A stretch of 64,000 nt of DNA from Acidobacteriota bacterium. Lineage in GTDB: Bacteria; Acidobacteriota; UBA6911; RPQK01; JAJDTT01. The stretch lies in assembly GCA_965217775.1 (NCBI GenBank), contig CBDCJH010000002.1, positions 3,680,001 to 3,744,000 on the forward strand, read 5' to 3'. A program made the position numbers and the translations under genes. Below are positions 28,515 to 37,428 of this stretch, one piece after another; position 1 is the first letter of the stretch, and each line of letters starts with the position of its first letter. Below the pieces are notes generated by a model that saw only the letters and a list, made by a program, of their open reading frames with translations, ran no database searches and was not told where the DNA came from.

Positions 28515-28721
28515 TCACTCGGTGAATTTCTGCACGGCCTTCGGGGCGAACGCGGCGACCAGGAAGTACAGGACCAGCTCGGTCTTGTCGCCGCCCGACC
28601 CCCAGCCGAACACCTCGACGCACGCGAGCACCGCCGCCACAATCAACGCCAAAATGGACATCAGACGCATTGCGGACGGATTGCCGTCGCTATCGGTCAT
28701 GAACTTGCTCGAGTTACTCAT
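28515..28721 (-). CDS. Small two-TM membrane protein (holin-like)
   Basis: GGAGG RBS; 68 aa; DSDGNPSAMRLMS + 2 hydrophobic segments + FAPKAVQKFTE. Confidence 0.6.
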   Translation of the reverse strand: MSNSSKFMTDSDGNPSAMRLMSILALIVAAVLACVEVFGWGSGGDKTELVLYFLVAAFAPKAVQKFTE

Positions 28722-28807
28722 TTCGTCCTCCAAATCCAACGAAAAAGGATGTTTCCATTGAATCGCACACGGCTCTTTTTTCCGCGGCATTCCGCCGCAG
28801 GGTCACA

Positions 28808-29332
28808 CTACCCCGGGAGCCCCGCGATCCTGGTGGCGATCTTCAGGCTGATGGAGAACGCCTTGAAGATGCCGTTCACAAGTCCCGCCAGCTCCTTGCG
28901 TTCCCGAACCTCCTGCGCCGCGGCGTCGACGCCGGCGCGGAGGTCGTCCAGATCGTCTGCGGTGAACAGCCGGTCCCAGGTGAGCACGGCTCCGATGGTC
29001 AACGCGAACAGCTTCACGTTGATGTCCCCTTTCTGCTCCAGGAGATCCGAGTACTCGCCCGCGTCGAGTTCGGTGTCGTAGACGAGCCGGTCATCGATGA
29101 CCTCCCGCTCTTGCAGCAGGACCCGCTTGACTTCGCCGCTATCAGCCGACCCGGCTTCCCCGGCACTGCTAATCGCTTCCCGGACCCTCTCGATGGCGGC
29201 CAGCGCAGCGCTCTCCAACTCCGCCGTCTTGGCGTCGTCTCCCTGGTTCCGCAGGCCCGCGACCTCTCCAAAGAGAGAACGGGTGTCCTTGGCGATTCCC
29301 ATCAGGTTGCCCATGTTCAAATTCAAAGCCAT
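28808..29332 (-). CDS. Alpha-helical hypothetical protein
   Basis: 174 aa, no signal peptide, amphipathic C-terminus LVNGIFKAFSISLKIATRIA. Confidence 0.7.
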   Translation of the reverse strand: MALNLNMGNLMGIAKDTRSLFGEVAGLRNQGDDAKTAELESAALAAIERVREAISSAGEAGSADSGEVKRVLLQEREVIDDRLVYDTELDAGEYSDLLEQKGDINVKLFALTIGAVLTWDRLFTADDLDDLRAGVDAAAQEVRERKELAGLVNGIFKAFSISLKIATRIAGLPG

Positions 29333-29335
29333 TCC

Positions 29336-30025
29336 CTACTCCTCGGTCGGAACCAGTTCGATCGCCCGGTCCAACACGTCCAGAAATTCCCGGAAGCCCT
29401 TCACGGCTTCCTCCAGGCGGTCCCGCTCTTTCTCGACGGCTGCCTCTGCCTGCTCCTGCTCGACCGCAGGCGACCTGCGGAAACGCCGGGCCTCGGCCAC
29501 GGCCAGGGCCACGCGAGAGAGGTCGATTTCGCCGACCCGCTTGGACAGCGACGTGTCGGACAGGTACCGGGTCAGTTCCACCTGTCCGATCCGCAGCCGG
29601 CTGACCAGCGAGATCAGCCGGTCGAGCTCCGCCCGGCGTTGACCGCCGATCTCCCGGAGCCGAGTCAACTGGGCCTTGGAGACCTCATCGGCCGCCAGGT
29701 CGATCTCGGCGAGCCGCATCAGGACCGCCGTCCGGAACGGCTCCTTCGTCCACGACGTCCGCAGCCGCAGGGCGAGCTCGGCATGACGGAACTCCCGGCG
29801 CTTCAGCCGCGCCTGAGCCAGTTCCGATTCGACGGCGCCGAAATAGAACTCCATGGCTTCCTGCCACGCCTGTTTGTCGTGCCGCAGTTTCTTTTCGATC
29901 CGGTCCAGCGCGCCGGTGATCTTCTCGGACAACTGAACGATTCCGGCGGGGGCGTCCTTGGCGGGAGCCGTGGCGGGGGAAAGGGAAAGGAGGGAAAGGG
30001 CAAAGAGAATCCGGGCGCGGGTCAT
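29336..30025 (-). CDS. Secreted coiled-coil hypothetical protein
   Basis: Signal peptide, L/A/E/R-rich helical sequence; ATGA overlap with the upstream gene. Confidence 0.7.
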   Translation of the reverse strand: MTRARILFALSLLSLSPATAPAKDAPAGIVQLSEKITGALDRIEKKLRHDKQAWQEAMEFYFGAVESELAQARLKRREFRHAELALRLRTSWTKEPFRTAVLMRLAEIDLAADEVSKAQLTRLREIGGQRRAELDRLISLVSRLRIGQVELTRYLSDTSLSKRVGEIDLSRVALAVAEARRFRRSPAVEQEQAEAAVEKERDRLEEAVKGFREFLDVLDRAIELVPTEE

Positions 30026-30558
30026 TGTGGAGTCCCCCCGTCCTGCCGGTTCAGGAGGCCGTCCAGGCCGGCGCTGGTCTCGGTGATCCGATCGGAGCTG
30101 GGACCGATGTCGGTCATGATGTATTCGTGAATCAGAGCCTGGCTCCGGTACAGCAGGTCCAGAAGGCTGCCGAGGATGTCCATCTGCTCTTCGTGTTTGG
30201 GCCGCAGTTTCCGCAACGGGCCGGGGCGGCGCGCTTCCTGAGCCTGAATCTGCGCGATCCTCACGGCGACGGCGGCGGAAGCCTCCAGCGGATCGGGGTC
30301 ATTGTTGGCCTTGACCGTCTCCACGGTGCGCTTCAAAACCCGGGCTTCTCTCCGTAACTCCATGGCCGAGTCGAATAACTCATCGGCATGGAATTGGTAG
30401 TCGGAGACGTTCTGGTGCGCCGCCAGCAGCCCCTCGAGCTGGATGGCGGAGGCGTTCTTGAGGTAAGTGGGTTTGGCGCAGGCGGACAGCGGAAGAATCA
30501 GCACTGCGGCGATGAGCGAGCGGCGGATTTCGTGCGTGGCAAGGCAAACGTGTTGCAT
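30022..30558 (-). CDS. Alpha-helical lipoprotein
   Basis: Lipobox LSAC, GGGAG RBS, helical composition. Confidence 0.7.
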   Translation of the reverse strand: MQHVCLATHEIRRSLIAAVLILPLSACAKPTYLKNASAIQLEGLLAAHQNVSDYQFHADELFDSAMELRREARVLKRTVETVKANNDPDPLEASAAVAVRIAQIQAQEARRPGPLRKLRPKHEEQMDILGSLLDLLYRSQALIHEYIMTDIGPSSDRITETSAGLDGLLNRQDGGTPQ

Positions 30559-31226
30559 GGGTTCTCCCTTCCCGGACTATGGGGTGACGGAATTGGCCGG
30601 ATGGTGAGCGGCCGCGATCAGGGATGGCAATGCGCCCCGGTCCGAATTGAGTTCAGACCGGTAAGTGGAAGGCAGCGAAGCAGGAGCGCATGACCATTGC
30701 CGAAGACGGTAGCACGAACGAGGGGGGATTGCCATTTGTCGTGCGCACGGCGTCCGGCCCGGCGGGCACTTGGATGGCACCGCCGCGCATCACGCCTTGG
30801 AACTCGTTCCAGATCAGATCCGCGCCATCCTCGACACGCCGCGCAGGTCTACAAGCATCGGTCTTCTGCGCCCGAAATCGACCAAGACGGAACACACTAA
30901 TCCGCTTAACGCCGACCGGTCATCTACCCGCCTGAGAAGAATCCGGACGAATGCTCCATTCGTCGTTCCAGGGACTGATAGCGGGAACTCAAGCGGCAAA
31001 CGGAACCGGATACGTTGGGTTTTTCCTGAGGTGGAACTCCTGTGTCGTTGTGGAATGAATGGTCGGTCTGTGTGAAACGCGACTCAAATGGACTCTTCGT
31101 CTGGCGCAGGACGAGTTGGTTTAGATTTAGTCATGGATCCTCTGTATGACGGAATCGACCTGACGGTCTTGCAATGGGGATCCCATATAAAACTCTCAAT
31201 AACAGTCCCGTAGATTATAGACTCAT

Positions 31227-31249
31227 AGAGTGAATTTAACGTGAAATAA
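31227..31249 (+). promoter_or_regulatory. Conserved upstream motif AGAGTG-N8-GTGAAATAA, copy 2
   Basis: Matches 10726-10748 within an AT-rich intergenic region. Confidence 0.45.
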
Positions 31250-31394
31250 CGAGCCAATAAAGTGATCTTTTTGTGATTTTATTCACGAGTATGCTATCCT
31301 TGGCGCCAACTCGGCTTGAATCCGGATTCTCCATCGAGCCGACGCACGACGGCGCCAAACTGAATTTTGCTCCGGGGCCAGCGAGGGAGGACAG

Positions 31395-33752
31395 TTGAAG
31401 AGTCCCGATGAACTGCGGCGAGAGAACCAGGTGCTCCGGGATCGCATCTCCAAGCTGAGCGCGGCCACCCTGCTCATCAGCGCGAGCCTCGACGTCAGCA
31501 CCGTCCTGCGCGAGGTCGTAGAGAGCGCCCGCGCGTTGACCGGTGCTCGTTACGGCGGGATTACGACCATCGGCGACTCAGGCCAGGTCCAGGACTTCGT
31601 TTCTTCCGGCATCACTCCGGGCGAACACCGGCGGATGACGGACTGGCCTGACGGCCCGCGGCTCTTCGAACACTTCCGGGACCTGCCTGGAGCACTGAGA
31701 CTGCGAGACTTGCCCGGCTATGTCCGGTCTCTTGGCTATTCCCCGGAGCTGTTGCCGGCAAAGACCTTCCAGGTCACGCCGATGCGGCACGGGGGCGTCC
31801 ATGTCGGCACCTTGTTTGTCGCCAAGAAGGAAGGCGGACGAGAATTCACGAGCGAGGACGAAGAGGTTCTGTTGATGTTCGCGGCGCAGGCAACGACGGC
31901 AATCGCCAATGCTCGTGCGCACCGGGACGAGCAACGGGCCCGGGCCGACCTGGAGGCCCTGGTCGACACTTCGCCGGTGGGGGTCGTGGTCCTCGATGCC
32001 AGGACCGGCAAGCCGGTGTCGTTCAATCGGGAGGCGACGCGGATTGTCGAATCCCTGCAGACGCCGGGCCGTTCCCCGGAGCAGTTGCTGGAGATCATGA
32101 CGTTCCGGCGCGGCGACGGGCGGGAGATCTCCCTCACGGAGTTCCCCATGGCTCAAGCGATGCGCAACGCCGAGACCGTGCGTGCCGAGGAGATCGTTCT
32201 CCAGGTCCCCGACGGCCGAAGCGTCACCACACTGGTCAACGCCACGCCGATCCGGACCGAGGACGGCACAGTCGAGTCCATGGTCGTCACGCTGCAGGAC
32301 CTTGCACCCCTCGAGGAACTGGAGCGTTTACGGGCCGAGTTCCTGGGCATGGTGAGCCACGAACTGCGGGCTCCCCTGACCTCCATCAAAGGCTCGGCGG
32401 CTACGGTGCTTGGGGCCTCTCCGGCCCCGGACCCGGCTGAAATGCTCCAGTTCTTCCGCATCATCGACGATCAGGCCGATCACATGCGCGGCCTGATCAG
32501 CGACCTGTTGGACGCCGGGCGCATCGAGACGGGCACGCTGTCGGTCGCCCCCGAGCCCGCCAAGGTGGCCGGCCTGGTGGACCAGGCCAGAAACACGTTC
32601 CTGAGTGGAGGCGGCAGGCATACCGTCCACATCGACCTGCCCTCGGAATTGCCTCGGGTGATGGCCGACCGGCGGCGCATCGTCCAGGTTTTGAACAACC
32701 TCTTGTCCAACGCGTCCCGCTACTCGCCCGAGTCGTCCCCCATCCGGATCGCTGCGGTCCAGAACGGCGTTTACGTGGCGATTTCGGTATCGGACGAAGG
32801 CCGGGGGGTGCCTCCGGAACTGCTGCCGCACCTGTTCCGGAAGCACGCCCGTGTGGGCGGCCGGGATCGCGGGCTTGGCGGGTCCGGCCTGGGGCTTGCC
32901 ATCTGCAAGGGTCTGGTGGAGGCCCACGGGGGGCGCATCCGGGCCGAAAGTGGCGGACCGGGTCTGGGCTCGAGGTTCACCATCACGATTCCGGTGGCCG
33001 AAGAGGACGGGGCCGTCACCTCAGCCAGCTTCTCACGGAGCACTTCCCACCCGCCTCGAGAAGTGCGGGAGCGAACCCGCATCCTGGTGGTGGACGACGA
33101 CCCGCAGACGCTCCGCTACGTTCGGGACGCGCTGGCGGCGGCCGGCTACTCCCCGATCGTGACAGGCGACCCTCAGGAGGTGCCCCACCTGATCACGACG
33201 AAGCAGCCGCGGCTGGTGCTTCTGGACCTGATGTTGCCCGGGACCGATGGGATCGAGATGATGGAGCACGTCGCCGAGATGGCCGATCTCCCGGTCATCT
33301 TCATCTCCGGCTACGGAAGGGACGAGACGATCGCCCGGGCTCTGGGAATCGGCGCCGCCGACTACATCGTCAAGCCCTTCTCGCCGACGGAGCTGTTGGC
33401 GAGAGTCCAAGCGGCCCTGCGACGCCGCGATGAGCCGCCCGAACCCTTCCGGTTGGGGGATCTGGCCATCCAATACGCGGAACGCCGCGTGACCCTGGCC
33501 GGCCGTCCCGTGCAATTGACGGCTACCGAATACGAGCTGCTCCGAGTGCTCTCGGTCAACGCGGGAAGGGTAGTGACGTACGATTCCCTGCTGCGCCAAG
33601 TCTGGGGCCGGCAGGGGTCCGGCGACTTTCGTCCGGTGCGCGCCTTCGTGAAGAAGCTCCGTCGCAAGCTGGGCGACAACGCGACCGATCCAACCTATAT
33701 CTTTACCGAGCGCCAAGTCGGTTACCGAATGGCCAATCCAGGCGACTCTTGA
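31395..33752 (+). CDS. Hybrid GAF-PAS-histidine kinase-receiver-OmpR winged-helix regulator, paralog 2
   Basis: Same motifs as and colinear with 10890-13232; GGAGG RBS + TTG. Confidence 0.9.
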   Translation: MKSPDELRRENQVLRDRISKLSAATLLISASLDVSTVLREVVESARALTGARYGGITTIGDSGQVQDFVSSGITPGEHRRMTDWPDGPRLFEHFRDLPGALRLRDLPGYVRSLGYSPELLPAKTFQVTPMRHGGVHVGTLFVAKKEGGREFTSEDEEVLLMFAAQATTAIANARAHRDEQRARADLEALVDTSPVGVVVLDARTGKPVSFNREATRIVESLQTPGRSPEQLLEIMTFRRGDGREISLTEFPMAQAMRNAETVRAEEIVLQVPDGRSVTTLVNATPIRTEDGTVESMVVTLQDLAPLEELERLRAEFLGMVSHELRAPLTSIKGSAATVLGASPAPDPAEMLQFFRIIDDQADHMRGLISDLLDAGRIETGTLSVAPEPAKVAGLVDQARNTFLSGGGRHTVHIDLPSELPRVMADRRRIVQVLNNLLSNASRYSPESSPIRIAAVQNGVYVAISVSDEGRGVPPELLPHLFRKHARVGGRDRGLGGSGLGLAICKGLVEAHGGRIRAESGGPGLGSRFTITIPVAEEDGAVTSASFSRSTSHPPREVRERTRILVVDDDPQTLRYVRDALAAAGYSPIVTGDPQEVPHLITTKQPRLVLLDLMLPGTDGIEMMEHVAEMADLPVIFISGYGRDETIARALGIGAADYIVKPFSPTELLARVQAALRRRDEPPEPFRLGDLAIQYAERRVTLAGRPVQLTATEYELLRVLSVNAGRVVTYDSLLRQVWGRQGSGDFRPVRAFVKKLRRKLGDNATDPTYIFTERQVGYRMANPGDS

Positions 33753-33836
33753 GGCCCCGCCTTTCCGGGTCGAAAGAGACCGGCGTGCGAGCCCGCGAAC
33801 GGTATTGGATGCTGAAAGAGTCCTGCCGGCCCCCGA

Positions 33837-35261
33837 TCAAGACCGTACGCCGATAGGCAAAAGCTCCACGCCTTCCCCCTCCTCGGGTTTCTTGATGCGA
33901 AACCGCACCGAGGTCACCTCCGATCCATGGGGCCCGAATCGGTTCTTGAAGCCTTCCCGCTGGCCGACCATGAAGATGGAGCCGTCCTCCAGCACGCAGG
34001 CGCTGGGGTAGTAGGACTTGGGATCACACTTGAAGCCGCGCCCCGGCGCCGGTTTCACCCAGGTCTTCCCATTGTCGCGGCTGTAGATCACCTCACCGTT
34101 GTTCGGCACCTTGGGATCGTCGCCGCTGAGTCTGTGGCGGCCCCCAAAGACGACGGCGGTGACTCCGTCGGGCGTCGCCACCACGTCCCCCCGCCGGTAC
34201 AGTTTGGGGCCGAGAAGCTCGCTTCCAAAGTTGGGATCTTCGATGACCGGGTCGGTCAGGAGCAGACGCGGCGGGGACCAGGTCCTTCCGTCGTCGTAGG
34301 ACTGATACCAGGCCGACGTCGGCCGGCAGGGAAAACCGAGGCTGCCGTCCGGCAAGTAGGCAACTGTGCCTTCGTCCATATCGTAGTCATTGCTTCCGAT
34401 CACCGACACGGTCGACCAGGTGCCGCCCTTGTTCTCGGAGCGCATCAGGAGCATGAGCCAACGGGGGTGTTCGCTGGGCCAGCCCTTTCCCCCGGGAATG
34501 GGTGCGGCGGAGGCGAAGAGTTGCAGCGAGCCGTCCCTGCCCTCGAACATGCTGTAGGGAGCATCCATGTCGGCGAGCCCGACGAAGCGTGTCACCTCCT
34601 TCCAGGTGTGGCCACTGTCGTCGCTTCGAAAGATCAGGGTCTTCGATTGCCGGTTGACCGCAATTCGGGCGTACTCGAGGGCATTCATGGGCATCTGGTT
34701 GAAGTAGCCCCAATGGGGTTTCAGCCGGGCTCCCGCAATCATCGTCCCGTCACTCAGTTGCACCACGTCACCGACGTAGTAGGCGCCGGGCACCACCGGA
34801 AACGAGCGGGGCCGGCTCCAGGTCTTCCCCTGGTCCCGGCTGCGGATCCACATCATCCTTCCGCCCTCGGGCGCATCCCAATCCCCGAGCCATTTTCGAT
34901 CCGGCCGTAACAAGCGCTGCCGGGCCTCCGGAGGCATGTCCCAGGGGGTGGGCCAGGAAGCGTGCCAATAGCCGGCCGAGAAGGTCACGAAAAGATCGCC
35001 ATTCTGCAGCCGGCACACCGTCGGCCACCCGCAATAACCGCCGAACCCGCGGAAGGGCTCCGGCGGGTTGACGTCGGGAGAAACGATGATCTTTCGGTAC
35101 TTCTCGAAATCCACCCGGGGCTCGTCGCCCGTAATCAAGGCCATGACAGGTGGAATAGAAGCCGCGGCGGACTTCTTCTTGCCTGCTCCGGCGAGACCGG
35201 TGGTTGCCAATGCGGCTGCTGAAGTGGACAGAACATCCCGGCGGGTCAATTGGACGGCCAT
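33837..35261 (-). CDS. Tat-exported sialidase-like (BNR/Asp-box) protein
   Basis: TRRDVL signal; Asp boxes SRDQGKTW, SDDSGHTW, SENKGGTW, SYDDGRTW, SRDNGKTW. Confidence 0.85.
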   Translation of the reverse strand: MAVQLTRRDVLSTSAAALATTGLAGAGKKKSAAASIPPVMALITGDEPRVDFEKYRKIIVSPDVNPPEPFRGFGGYCGWPTVCRLQNGDLFVTFSAGYWHASWPTPWDMPPEARQRLLRPDRKWLGDWDAPEGGRMMWIRSRDQGKTWSRPRSFPVVPGAYYVGDVVQLSDGTMIAGARLKPHWGYFNQMPMNALEYARIAVNRQSKTLIFRSDDSGHTWKEVTRFVGLADMDAPYSMFEGRDGSLQLFASAAPIPGGKGWPSEHPRWLMLLMRSENKGGTWSTVSVIGSNDYDMDEGTVAYLPDGSLGFPCRPTSAWYQSYDDGRTWSPPRLLLTDPVIEDPNFGSELLGPKLYRRGDVVATPDGVTAVVFGGRHRLSGDDPKVPNNGEVIYSRDNGKTWVKPAPGRGFKCDPKSYYPSACVLEDGSIFMVGQREGFKNRFGPHGSEVTSVRFRIKKPEEGEGVELLPIGVRS

Positions 35262-35353
35262 TTCTTCGCCTCCTCGCTGTGTCGAACGGAAACAATAAGG
35301 GCTTATATACTTGACTAGCCAAGACGTCACACAAGTGTTCGACAATTCTCACC

Positions 35354-36535
35354 ATGAAAGCTCGCGCCACTATCCAGTGCAGAGCCAAGCTGTCCAAGGG
35401 CGGAATCCGGCGGTTGGACTGGGTGAGGTCCATCCTGAATCGGCTGTACAACGCTGCACTGGAGGAACGCAGGACGGCCTGGGAGTCCGAGCAGCGCGGC
35501 GTGACCCTGTACGATCAGATGAAGGGGTTGACCTCCCAGAGGAAGGACGATCCGGAGGGGCTCGGGTCCGTGGCGGTCAAGGCGGAGCGTGGGATGTTGA
35601 TACGGTTGGACCGGGCCTTCAAGGCGTTCTTCCGTCGCTGCAAGGCGGGGGAGAAGCCGGGGTATCCTCGGTTCCGGGCCATTGCCAGGATGGAGACCAT
35701 CGACGTCGTCGACCCGAAGGCGACCCTGGTGAAGAAGCGGGCTCGAGGCTACGCCATCCGGCCCAAGGGCTTCCCGACGATCCGGATCTTTCCGTCCCGG
35801 CCGTTGCCGCACGGATGTCCGTTGAAGGTGTTGCGGATCGTCCGCAAGCCGAACCGGGTGTATGTGGACCTGACCTACGAGGTGGAGAAGCAGCCGCTAC
35901 CGAAGTGCGGGTCTTCGGTGGGGATCGACCTGGGAGTCCGCAAACGGGCGGTGCTGTCCACGGGTGAGAGGATCGAACGGAATCGACGGGACTGGGGAGA
36001 GATCCGAAAGCAGCAGCGAAAGGTGTCCCGGTGCCAGCGCGGGTCGAACCGGCGCCGGAAGCGGGTTCGACGGTTGGCGGCGATTCGGTTCCGGGAGGGA
36101 GTCCGAAGCCGGAACGCGTGTCACCGGGCCACGACCCGGATCGTCCGTGAGCACGGACGGATCGCCGTCGAGAAACTGAACATCCAGGGGATGACCACGA
36201 AGGGCCGGAACAAGAAGGGTCTGAATCGGGAGATCCTCACCCAATCCTGGGGACTTCTCCGCAACCAGCTCCAGCACAAGGCAGAGTGGGCCGGTCGGGA
36301 GTTCGTGGAAGTCAACGCGGCATACACGTCGCAGGACTGCCACCGGTGTGGCGCCAGGAACCAACCTGGGAGAAGCGAGACGTATCGCTGCGCTTCCTGC
36401 GGACTCAAAATGGATCGCGACCACAACGCCGCGATCAACATTCTCAGGGCTGGGGTTTCCGCCCTGGGCGCCGGAACGTGGGGCAGTGGCCCGAGCGTGG
36501 CGCCGGAACTGTGTACTGGAAGGCCCGGTGGCTAG
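35354..36535 (+). CDS. tnpB: RNA-guided endonuclease TnpB
   Basis: LYNAALEER, FFRR...KPGYPRF, RuvC-I GIDLG, RuvC-II AVEKL, YTSQ-CHRC/CASC zinc finger, RuvC-III DRDHNAAINI. Confidence 0.95.
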   Translation: MKARATIQCRAKLSKGGIRRLDWVRSILNRLYNAALEERRTAWESEQRGVTLYDQMKGLTSQRKDDPEGLGSVAVKAERGMLIRLDRAFKAFFRRCKAGEKPGYPRFRAIARMETIDVVDPKATLVKKRARGYAIRPKGFPTIRIFPSRPLPHGCPLKVLRIVRKPNRVYVDLTYEVEKQPLPKCGSSVGIDLGVRKRAVLSTGERIERNRRDWGEIRKQQRKVSRCQRGSNRRRKRVRRLAAIRFREGVRSRNACHRATTRIVREHGRIAVEKLNIQGMTTKGRNKKGLNREILTQSWGLLRNQLQHKAEWAGREFVEVNAAYTSQDCHRCGARNQPGRSETYRCASCGLKMDRDHNAAINILRAGVSALGAGTWGSGPSVAPELCTGRPGG

Positions 36536-36552
36536 CCAAGTATATAAGCCCC
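36445..36552 (+). ncRNA. Candidate omega/reRNA scaffold overlapping the tnpB 3' end
   Basis: Stems CAGGGC/GCCCTG (36445-36466) and nested GGCGCC..ACG..GGGC/GCCC..CGT..GGCGCC (36467-36504); position typical of TnpB RNAs; boundaries uncertain. Confidence 0.45.
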
Positions 36553-36816
36553 AAACAATACGACCGAGCCCGACAAGGTCTCCGGTCCAAGACTTGTCTT
36601 TTATCGCATATCAGGATCCCCGCCTCTATCGGAGCGGTACAGCCAAGGCCTGATGACGGAAACGGAGGTGAGGGTCGGAGCCCGGAAATCACCGATGCAC
36701 CGGGAAGTCAATGTGGATTCGGAGGCGACTCTGGACCGGATTTATCGGGTGGTCTCGGGAGCTTCGTAGATCACGACTGCCATACTTTTCATGCCGGCAT
36801 CGACACCTGCACCTAG

Positions 36817-36974
36817 CAGCCCGTGGCAAAAGTCGCCACGGCATCCGACCGTCCCTGCATCCCGGCGGACTGCGTTGCGATTCGATCACATACTCCCGGT
36901 ATGCTCCCGAATCGCGCCTTGTCCGGCGGGCGCAGGAACGGTCTCGGTGCTCGCGGGACTTTCACCACGGACTG
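36817..36974. mobile_element. MITE flanked by CTAG
   Basis: CTAG at 36813-36816 and 36975-36978; imperfect TIRs CAGCCCGTGGCAAAAGTC / CAGTCCGTGGTGAAAGTC; internal long hairpin. Confidence 0.75.
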
Positions 36975-37428
36975 CTAGTCCGGCGCCAATTGCCATTGCA
37001 ATCCCAGCAAATACCAGCGTGTAAAACACCACACCGGCCCCAGTCAGGTCGCCAGTTCCATTGCCGGCAAAATCGACCAAAGAAACCCCGGCGCCAACTC
37101 CAGCACCGACTGCCGCTCCCATTGCAGCTCCGTTAGCCAGACCATCCTTCGGCTGAACTGAGACTGTCCGGATGGCCTCTTTGGGGATGACCACTCGAAC
37201 GGAACGCGTTTCGATATCGACACCTGAGGCGGACAGACCTTCAAAATTTCCTTCGAGTGGATCCCCATTCTTCAATTCCAACGTGATGCGCGCTCCCAAG
37301 TCCAGATTTGCGACCTTCTCCCAACGTCCCGGAATCACCCCTGCCCGCACCGGCTGCAAGATCAGTCCCGCCAGGATCAATGAGACGCAGTGCATCCGGC
37401 ACGACCGCATCCACTTTCCGTTCATCAT
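36886..37428 (-). CDS. Secreted/membrane hypothetical protein with glycine zipper; 3' end runs into the MITE
   Basis: GGAGGT RBS, signal peptide, NGAAMGAAVGAGVGAG; last ~30 codons are MITE-derived. Confidence 0.65.
   Translation of the reverse strand: MMNGKWMRSCRMHCVSLILAGLILQPVRAGVIPGRWEKVANLDLGARITLELKNGDPLEGNFEGLSASGVDIETRSVRVVIPKEAIRTVSVQPKDGLANGAAMGAAVGAGVGAGVSLVDFAGNGTGDLTGAGVVFYTLVFAGIAMAIGAGLAVRGESPASTETVPAPAGQGAIREHTGSM

Larger units (their letters stand above)
35298..36552 (+). mobile_element. Non-autonomous TIR element (IS1595-like ends) carrying only tnpB
   Basis: IRL AGGGCTTATATACTTGACTAGCCA (35298-35321) vs IRR reverse complement GGGGCTTATATACTTGGCTAGCCA (36529-36552), 22/24 match; direct repeat AAACAATA at 35290-35297 and 36553-36560. 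Confidence 0.9.

Noticed and set aside
30542-30557. Sigma54-like GG-N10-GC (AGGCAAACGTGTTGCA)
   Set aside because: Lies antisense within a start-codon region with no supported downstream gene; likely chance.
30577-31075. Short ORFs upstream of the helical operon
   Set aside because: No RBS, recognisable motif or consistent codon bias.
10890-33752. Paralogous regulators as boundaries of a composite transposon
   Set aside because: The interval contains housekeeping genes, the copies are clearly diverged, and no transposase or target duplication is seen.
35298-36552. Standard IS605/IS607 element or Cas12f system
   Set aside because: No TnpA, serine recombinase or CRISPR array nearby; ends are TIRs with a target duplication.
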